IMG/VR virus record: IMGVR_UViG_3300034782_000062
Location: 1 to 64,000 of that record
Source of the DNA: a virus
Length of the DNA stretch: 64,000 bases
Reading direction: 5' to 3' (one strand)
The notes below the pieces were generated by a model. The model saw only the letters and a list, made by a program, of their open reading frames with translations, made no database searches and had not been told where the DNA came from. The position numbers and the translations under genes are program-made. Shown here one piece after another: positions 53,542-59,527 of this stretch (its first letter is position 1; every line of letters starts with the position of its first letter).

Positions 53542-54405
53542 TTAGTATCCGAGCGCGGCCAGCTCAGACTCTTCACGCAGCACGTCTTCTTCCTCTCCCT
53601 TTCGGTAAAGGTAAAGACCACCCAGCGCGAGAGCGCCGACGCCTCCGAGCAGGCCCATCCAGCCCCACCAAGGCATGCCACCCGCGACCATTCCGGCCTG
53701 AGTGACCGGTGTTGTCCCCGGTGTGGTTCCAGTGCTTGCCACACGACCACCAGGGATGATGGTCTGGCCCGCAGCAACCTGCTCCGGTGTCTTTGTTCCC
53801 ACAACAGGAGGCTGAAAAACGAAGTCTGCAGGACGCGCCTGTCCGGTTGGAGTCTGCCTCATCGTGGCGACGAAGGGGAAGTTCGCAGCGATCACAGTCG
53901 CGTTCCCCTGAGCCTCAGCACACCGAACGGCCGTCGCTGTATCAGGACCCCAGATTCCATCGATGCCGTGTGTGCCGACAGAACAGTTGATGGACTCCAG
54001 CCACTGCTGAAGCTCACGAATGTCAGCACGGGACGCTCCAGCCTGAGTCACAGCCGCGCCCTCACCCGGCGTTGCACGGGGGCGACCAGGAGGACAACAC
54101 CAGACCAAGCCAGCGTTTGCCTCCGTCGTTGGACCTGTACCCGTGAAGCAAATTCGAGTGGAACCGCCCAGTTCGGTGTCGAGGTTCATGGGCCTGCAGC
54201 CTTCATTGGCCATGAAGGTGCTTTCTGCTGTTCGACCACAGGTCACGGTCCCTGAGCCATCCGGCGTTTGACACGAAGGGCCACGGAATGTCTGACCAAA
54301 TGAGGTAAAGGTGGGCATCCAGCCCAAACCGCCCGGGACGGGAACGTATTCGTGGCTGTTCTTCGAAGCGCCCAAACCGCCCGGCCTTCTTACGTACTCG
54401 TACAT
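53542..54405 (-). CDS. Duplicated leader (MYEY..GGLG / HEY..GGLG), CCP domain, PG-binding domain, TM
   Basis: Close paralog of 52722-53519 with the same ELAALGY C-terminus. Confidence 0.8.
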   Translation of the reverse strand: MYEYVRRPGGLGASKNSHEYVPVPGGLGWMPTFTSFGQTFRGPSCQTPDGSGTVTCGRTAESTFMANEGCRPMNLDTELGGSTRICFTGTGPTTEANAGLVWCCPPGRPRATPGEGAAVTQAGASRADIRELQQWLESINCSVGTHGIDGIWGPDTATAVRCAEAQGNATVIAANFPFVATMRQTPTGQARPADFVFQPPVVGTKTPEQVAAGQTIIPGGRVASTGTTPGTTPVTQAGMVAGGMPWWGWMGLLGGVGALALGGLYLYRKGEEEDVLREESELAALGY

Positions 54406-54409
54406 GGTT

Positions 54410-54676
54410 TCACTCTCCTCTTCTCTTCGTGAGGTAGTAAGAAAGGCCCAGCGCAGCCACCGCGCCGAGGCCAAACCAGAACAGACCCGACGACGTAAAT
54501 GGGCCTGATACATTCGTCGTTGCTTGCACAGGTGGCTGAGAAGGGATCGCCTGGCTCTGAGCCTGAATCTGCTGCGCCCCTTGCTGGACCTGTGATGCAG
54601 TTTCCATGGCCTGTGCCACGATGAAGTCAGTGATCTGGTCGATGTTCTCCGCCGTCTGTTGGAAGTTGTTCGACAT
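54410..54676 (-). CDS. Small Gln-rich C-terminally anchored membrane protein
   Basis: ATG 54676; TM LFWFGLGAVAALGL. Confidence 0.65.
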   Translation of the reverse strand: MSNNFQQTAENIDQITDFIVAQAMETASQVQQGAQQIQAQSQAIPSQPPVQATTNVSGPFTSSGLFWFGLGAVAALGLSYYLTKRRGE

Positions 54677-54678
54677 GA

Positions 54679-55050
54679 TCAATCCTTCGTCAGAAAAACT
54701 GTTATCGCCAAGACCGACGTCACAATGCTCGCACCTATGGCGATCTTCATGAGGCGCTGTGCACGTTCCAGCTCGGCTCGCGTTTCCTGAGCCTCCTGCA
54801 CCAGCTCCTGAGGCCGCTGCTGAAGCCAGCTCATCCACTCGCTGACGTTGAGCCCTGAGGACTCAGTACCCCCATCAGTCCCGAGCGCCGAGGTCACAGC
54901 ATACTGACGCTCACCCATGTGCCTCGGGTAGACCCACATCCGCCTACCAGAAACTGGGTTGATGAGCAGGTAGTAATCGCCAGGCTTCACGTGCGGCCTG
55001 ACAAAATACATCGGGACGCTGACTGGTTTTCGTGCAAGCTTCGATGCCAT
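54679..55050 (-). CDS. C-terminally anchored membrane protein
   Basis: ALGTDG; terminal TM. Start 55050 or 55011. Confidence 0.6.
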   Translation of the reverse strand: MASKLARKPVSVPMYFVRPHVKPGDYYLLINPVSGRRMWVYPRHMGERQYAVTSALGTDGGTESSGLNVSEWMSWLQQRPQELVQEAQETRAELERAQRLMKIAIGASIVTSVLAITVFLTKD

Positions 55051-55059
55051 CGGCTGCTC

Positions 55060-55527
55060 CTACTCTTCTTCTCGATACTTCTTGATGAGCATCTGAATAC
55101 CAAGAGCTGCAGCCGCCCCCGCACCCAGCCAGAAGAGCTTGGCGCCGAACGTTGTTCCCTGCTGAGCAGGCGCCTCCGTGGTGCCCATGCTCGGCCCCTC
55201 CAGGACGATGCCGTAGGAGGACGACCCCGGATAGAGCGGACGACCCGGACGTCTGAGCATATTCCACTGCATGTCCGGTGCAGCAACCTCGTAGTCATAT
55301 CGAGCATAGTCATCGAAGAAAATGCCAGTGTTGCTCGGCGGTTCAGTGTCGCCGCTGAAGATCCCGTTGTCTTCGCCCTCGTAGCCGAAGATTCCGCTTC
55401 CGATCACCTTCGGGAGTCGGCCAGTCGGCGCGGCACCGTTGATGACATTGACGCCCTTGAATCCAAGGCGCTGGCGGTACCTTTCCTCACGGGGCGGAGC
55501 TTTTACGATGCTCTTTGGTGGTGCCAT
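55060..55527 (-). CDS. C-terminally anchored membrane protein with three GIF motifs
   Basis: SGIFG, NGIFS, TGIFF; TM LFWLGAGAAAALGI. Confidence 0.65.
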   Translation of the reverse strand: MAPPKSIVKAPPREERYRQRLGFKGVNVINGAAPTGRLPKVIGSGIFGYEGEDNGIFSGDTEPPSNTGIFFDDYARYDYEVAAPDMQWNMLRRPGRPLYPGSSSYGIVLEGPSMGTTEAPAQQGTTFGAKLFWLGAGAAAALGIQMLIKKYREEE

Positions 55528-55535
55528 TGTTCCCT

Positions 55536-56069
55536 CTAATCCTTTTTCCGAGTCAGCAGCCAAATGCCAACGATCCCGAACGTCAGCACCAAGCCCCCTA
55601 TCACGATGTAGGGGACATATGACCTCTGTGGCTGAACCACGAGGGGAGCCGCAGTCGATGTTGGAGAAGGCGTTTCTTCTGACGCCGCCTCTCCCTCATC
55701 CGCTGAAGCTGTCGTTGACTGAGCTGGTGCAGGAGTTGTCGTCGTTGGAGCGCCCTTTCCGCTGGGCGCTGGAGCTGCCCCAGTCGGCGTTGCGCCGCTT
55801 GGCTGCTTTCCACCGGGCGCTCCAGTTGAAGACCCCGTAACCTCAGTCGCCGTATTGCTCGCAAACTGCTGAGCGAGCCCGGAGAACAGATTAGCGATCC
55901 CCGAGTAGATGCTTGTATCGCCCGAAGACTCCCTACCACCCTGAAGCTCTGGCGGCATCGGACGAAGACCCATTCCAGCGGACACCAGATCCTCTGGCGT
56001 CGCGAAATCCATGTCTGGGTTATCGATGTCGCCGTTCGTCCCCAGGCCAGTCATATACTCGTAAGACAT
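55536..56069 (-). CDS. MSYEY-MTGLGTNG leader, Thr/Pro/Ala stalk, TM
   Basis: Shares its TM with 56070-56732. Confidence 0.75.
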   Translation of the reverse strand: MSYEYMTGLGTNGDIDNPDMDFATPEDLVSAGMGLRPMPPELQGGRESSGDTSIYSGIANLFSGLAQQFASNTATEVTGSSTGAPGGKQPSGATPTGAAPAPSGKGAPTTTTPAPAQSTTASADEGEAASEETPSPTSTAAPLVVQPQRSYVPYIVIGGLVLTFGIVGIWLLTRKKD

Positions 56070-56732
56070 CTACTTTTTCCTCACGAGCAACCAAATACCG
56101 ACACCAGCGAAACCGAAGACAAGCAGCCCTCCGACGATGTAAGGAGCGATCGTTGACCCGACAGAAGGCATAGGAGCTGTTACAGCAGCGGGCGAAGGAC
56201 CAGGAGGAGGAAGGGTTTCCGTGGCTGCTGCAGCACCCGCGCCGGGAACCATCACCTGACCTGTGAGGTTGGCCGCGGTTTCCATGGCAACGCCCTGTGC
56301 CTCTTGATTTGCCTGACCCCCGATACCAAGTTTCGTTGCGACCGTCTCAAACATCGCACCGACGTCGGTAGGCCACCACGTCTGCTTTTCTGCTGTTGGG
56401 GCCGGTTCACCTGCTGCTGTTGCCGGAGCACCAGTAGTAGGGCACGAAGCCCCTACCAAGCGCTCATATTGTGAAAAAGCTGGGTCGCTGGAAAATCGAG
56501 AACGAAATCCATCGAGAACGCGACGCGCCTCATCACATCGATTCGCACGAGCAAGAGCCTGTGCTCGACGTAGAGCGTAGTTCTGAGGAGTTGCCGGGTC
56601 TTCGCGCTCCGCTTGTTCCAGAAGACGAATTGCTTCTGAGTAGTTCCCTGAATCGTAAGCGGTGCGTGCCTGCGCAGAGAGTCTTTCCGCCTCCTCGACG
56701 GTCCCCATCCCGGTCATATATTCGTAAGTCAT
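56070..56732 (-). CDS. MTYEY-MTGMG leader, TPR domain, stalk, TM
   Basis: ARTAYDSGNYSEAIRLLEQA...AQALARANRCDEARRVL. Confidence 0.75.
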   Translation of the reverse strand: MTYEYMTGMGTVEEAERLSAQARTAYDSGNYSEAIRLLEQAEREDPATPQNYALRRAQALARANRCDEARRVLDGFRSRFSSDPAFSQYERLVGASCPTTGAPATAAGEPAPTAEKQTWWPTDVGAMFETVATKLGIGGQANQEAQGVAMETAANLTGQVMVPGAGAAAATETLPPPGPSPAAVTAPMPSVGSTIAPYIVGGLLVFGFAGVGIWLLVRKK

Positions 56733-56740
56733 GATTCTAC

Positions 56741-57370
56741 CTAGTCTTTCTTCCTTATGACCAGCCAAACAAGGAAGGTTCCGAGGCCGATCGCCGTCGA
56801 GGCCAGTGTGATATGGGTCTGGTATCGCTCTATCCAGGTCTGTTCTTCGGCAGCTTGCTGGCCGGCAGAGTCCGGAGGAGTCTCCTCAATAGGGAGAACC
56901 TCGTTCTCGGCGGCTGCGCCTGTACGAAGAGCCGCTTCCTGTGCATACGTCGCAAAGCCCTGGGCAGTGGGCTTGTTTGCGCCTGTGCCACCTGGCATAG
57001 GGGCCGCTGGAACCTGTTGACCTGTAGGCATACCAATGGCTCCCTTGACCCAATCGACGATACCCCCTGTATCCTGAGATGGGGCAGCCCCTGGCTGAGC
57101 CGCTACGGTCGACTCTTCTTCTTCTCTGACAGCTTCGCCGAGGATAAGAGTAGGAGTGGATGGACAGCAGTAATGCTGACACGCCTCGTTCAGCCTTCCG
57201 ACCTGACCAGTGTCACTGGGTATCTCAACACAGCTCATTCGACTGGCGGTGGATGCCTCTCTCGGCCTGAAACAACGTTTCTGACCCGTCACAGAGCCCT
57301 GCGTACAAGCTCCTCTTGGGTCCGAAAATCCGAGAGAACCCAAGCCAGGACCGTAGTAATGATAGGACAT
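56741..57370 (-). CDS. MSYHY-GLGSLG leader, CCP domain, stalk, TM
   Basis: HYCCPS. Confidence 0.75.
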   Translation of the reverse strand: MSYHYYGPGLGSLGFSDPRGACTQGSVTGQKRCFRPREASTASRMSCVEIPSDTGQVGRLNEACQHYCCPSTPTLILGEAVREEEESTVAAQPGAAPSQDTGGIVDWVKGAIGMPTGQQVPAAPMPGGTGANKPTAQGFATYAQEAALRTGAAAENEVLPIEETPPDSAGQQAAEEQTWIERYQTHITLASTAIGLGTFLVWLVIRKKD

Positions 57371-57378
57371 CGTTTACC

Positions 57379-57870
57379 TTAATCCTTCATCTTGGAGACG
57401 AGCCACACGCCGCCGATGACAACCCCTGTCACTCCGACTCCAACGACAGCCCAGACCCACATGGGAGTAGGCCGACTCCCTCCAAATGTTCCACCGACGC
57501 GGGCTTGAGCCTCGCGAGCGAACGCAGCCGCTTGTTCACGGCTGATCTCTTCAGCAAGTTCCCGCTCCTGTGCGGAATACTCACTCGCGATGCCTCTACG
57601 AGCCTCGTTGATAGCATCACGCTCAGCGTTCGCTCTTTCATCGAAATACTGTTGCCTTGCCATGTCGTCGAGCATCGACGACATTCCGGATTCGCGCCCC
57701 TCAGCGTAGGCACCCTGCTGGTAACGAATCTGGTCGATGGTGTTGATCGCACCAAAGATCGCACCGACCGTACTTCCAACAGCGCCAGCGGCTGCACTGG
57801 CGTAGTCTCCGGCCGTCGTTCCCATGCCGACATCGCCCCCATCAGGGGCACCTACGAAGACGAAGCTCAT
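57379..57870 (-). CDS. GMG leader, coiled coil, TM
   Basis: DVGMGTT; amphipathic helix; TM. Confidence 0.7.
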   Translation of the reverse strand: MSFVFVGAPDGGDVGMGTTAGDYASAAAGAVGSTVGAIFGAINTIDQIRYQQGAYAEGRESGMSSMLDDMARQQYFDERANAERDAINEARRGIASEYSAQERELAEEISREQAAAFAREAQARVGGTFGGSRPTPMWVWAVVGVGVTGVVIGGVWLVSKMKD

Positions 57871-57879
57871 CGAAGCCGC

Positions 57880-58770
57880 CTACTCCTCTTCGTCTTTCTT
57901 CTTGGACATGTACCAGAACACGCCACCGACGCCGCCTGCGAGAACGAGCGCGAGAAAAATCCAAACGACCGGTGAGGTACCCTGCTGAGTGACGATCGGA
58001 GCCGCTGTCGTTGACGGCGCAGACGACACAGCAGCTTCCGTCTCACGAAGAGCCCGAAGCTCTTCTGCACGCTGCGACAGCTCCTCAAGACGAAGCTCAT
58101 GCTCCTGCTGACGGGCGAGCTGCTCGGTCTGGAACGCCATGTCACGAGCCTCAGACTCAGCTTCCATTTGCTCGCGACGAAGCTGAGCTTCCAGCTCCAT
58201 CTCGGCCTCCGCTCGCTGATGACCCGTGACCGTTGTGGCGATACCGACTCCCAGCTCAGAGAGCGGAGCCAGGATAGAGCCGATGCCTTCCATGATTCCG
58301 CCAGCTCGTGATCCGTTGGTACCCATCCCCATGTCGCCGTCGTTGCCCATGCCGCCGCCATACAATCCGCTCGGGCCGATCGAAGGTCCATAGGTGACGT
58401 AAGTGCCAGGCTGCACCCTTCGAGCAGCTCGGCCACCAACATTCACCACTGGAGAACCAGCGGCTCTTTGCGCTGCTTCACCGTTCATGGCGAAGCGGGC
58501 GCCATTCTCCATGTCGTAGTAGTACATCTGCCCACCTTTATCTCCATTGCCCCTTCGAATTGGAGCTGATTCCGCACCAAGAGTCGCAGCCTGTTGAAAC
58601 CTCGGCCGCTGAGGCACAACGCGGCGAACGGGGCGGCGGGGTGCCTGAACATGCGGAGCAGCACTCACATCTTCTTCGACGGTGCCGACGTATTCAACAT
58701 CGTCATCGTTTCCATTTCCGTTTGCTCCGTAGCTTGTCATGTCTTCATCAAGAGCATCCCACTCGCTCAT
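57880..58770 (-). CDS. Membrane protein with internal GMGN/GMGTNG, coiled coil and TM
   Basis: First gene after the transglutaminase-like enzyme; tail KKKDEEE. Confidence 0.7.
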   Translation of the reverse strand: MSEWDALDEDMTSYGANGNGNDDDVEYVGTVEEDVSAAPHVQAPRRPVRRVVPQRPRFQQAATLGAESAPIRRGNGDKGGQMYYYDMENGARFAMNGEAAQRAAGSPVVNVGGRAARRVQPGTYVTYGPSIGPSGLYGGGMGNDGDMGMGTNGSRAGGIMEGIGSILAPLSELGVGIATTVTGHQRAEAEMELEAQLRREQMEAESEARDMAFQTEQLARQQEHELRLEELSQRAEELRALRETEAAVSSAPSTTAAPIVTQQGTSPVVWIFLALVLAGGVGGVFWYMSKKKDEEE

Positions 58771-58787
58771 CGTTTCCTCCGACGTTT

Positions 58788-59423
58788 TCAGTCGCTTGAC
58801 TCATAGATCCTGTATTGCTTGACTCGCTGATGCATCCGCGGGGTTCGAGGTCCAGCGACCGGGTCGACTGTCACCCAACCACCACTCCCCTTCGCCGCCT
58901 GAGCGAAGACATGAGTGAATGGTCCAGGAAGCCTTGGATGCGGTGATGACATCAGACGAAAGGCGGGGTCCTCAAACAGCCTTGGATTCGGCGATTTACC
59001 GTTCGTCGGACGAAATCCGACGGTGACTATTCGACTTCTCCCACCGATTGAACCAATTGAGGCTCTCAAGAACGTAGCAAACTCATCGCAGTCGATGAGC
59101 GTCGAGCCGTAGTTGTCGATCTCCCACAAGATTCGCAGAGGATCCTTGACCTGCTCGACCTTTCGAGGGTCTCGCGTGTACCGGAACTGCGGGCCACATG
59201 TCCAGTAGTAAACCGCAAGGATTTCGCTCCAGTAATCTCGGGGACGAACGTATCGAATGATATCTTCGACTCGCTCACGAAGAGCGAACGACTTCTGACC
59301 GCGCTCACCGTCAGCAATGCGGAACATCTCACGCACTGTTTGCGGAGTTCCGCGGTATTTCATCACATTTACGGTCTGGTTTCCGGCCACCGGCCACACT
59401 CCGGCTTTAAAAATACCTGCCAA
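58788..59423 (-). CDS. Transglutaminase-like (papain-fold) Cys-His-Asp enzyme, candidate maturation protease
   Basis: FRYTRDP, IDCDEFA (Cys), FTHVFAQ (His), WVTVDP (Asp). TTG start as called by the ORF track. Confidence 0.8.
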   Translation of the reverse strand: MAGIFKAGVWPVAGNQTVNVMKYRGTPQTVREMFRIADGERGQKSFALRERVEDIIRYVRPRDYWSEILAVYYWTCGPQFRYTRDPRKVEQVKDPLRILWEIDNYGSTLIDCDEFATFLRASIGSIGGRSRIVTVGFRPTNGKSPNPRLFEDPAFRLMSSPHPRLPGPFTHVFAQAAKGSGGWVTVDPVAGPRTPRMHQRVKQYRIYESSD

Positions 59424-59470
59424 ATTTGACGCCGGGGCCGGCTTATACGTCTGACAGGAGGGTCGCTTTA

Positions 59471-59514
59471 GAAGTACATCATATTAAGTTTAAATGTCAA
59501 GCGTCTTGAGGATG
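59471..59514 (-). promoter_or_regulatory. Promoter TTGACA-N18-TACTTC abutted by the palindrome CGTCTTGAGGATG (59502-59514)
   Basis: Intergenic. Shares ACGCTTGACAT (11 bp) with the 44350 promoter; the -10 is weak. Confidence 0.55.
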
Positions 59515-59527
59515 GACGAAAATTAGG

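Noticed and set aside
1593-56768. Long N-terminal extensions in the ORF track (for example 2522, 7982, 9120, 19651, 24006, 27366, 33062, 48399, 49175, 54513)
   Set aside because: Downstream ATG/GTG/TTG starts with SD sites and stop-start overlaps fit better; coordinates were trimmed.
47623-57370. Leaders as type IV prepilin, Tat or lipoprotein signals
   Set aside because: No hydrophobic helix or E5 after the Gly, no RRxFLK with an h-region, no lipobox.
36986-58092. Weaker palindrome-like hits (36986, 37364, 48372, 57388, 58080, 36770, 43837)
   Set aside because: Internal or multiple mismatches; excluded from the motif count because mismatched sites were not scanned systematically.
44456-58770. 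Diversity-generating retroelement or invertase shuffling behind the array
   Set aside because: No reverse transcriptase, template/variable repeat pair, recombinase or inverted crossover sites seen; variation includes indels and domain swaps.
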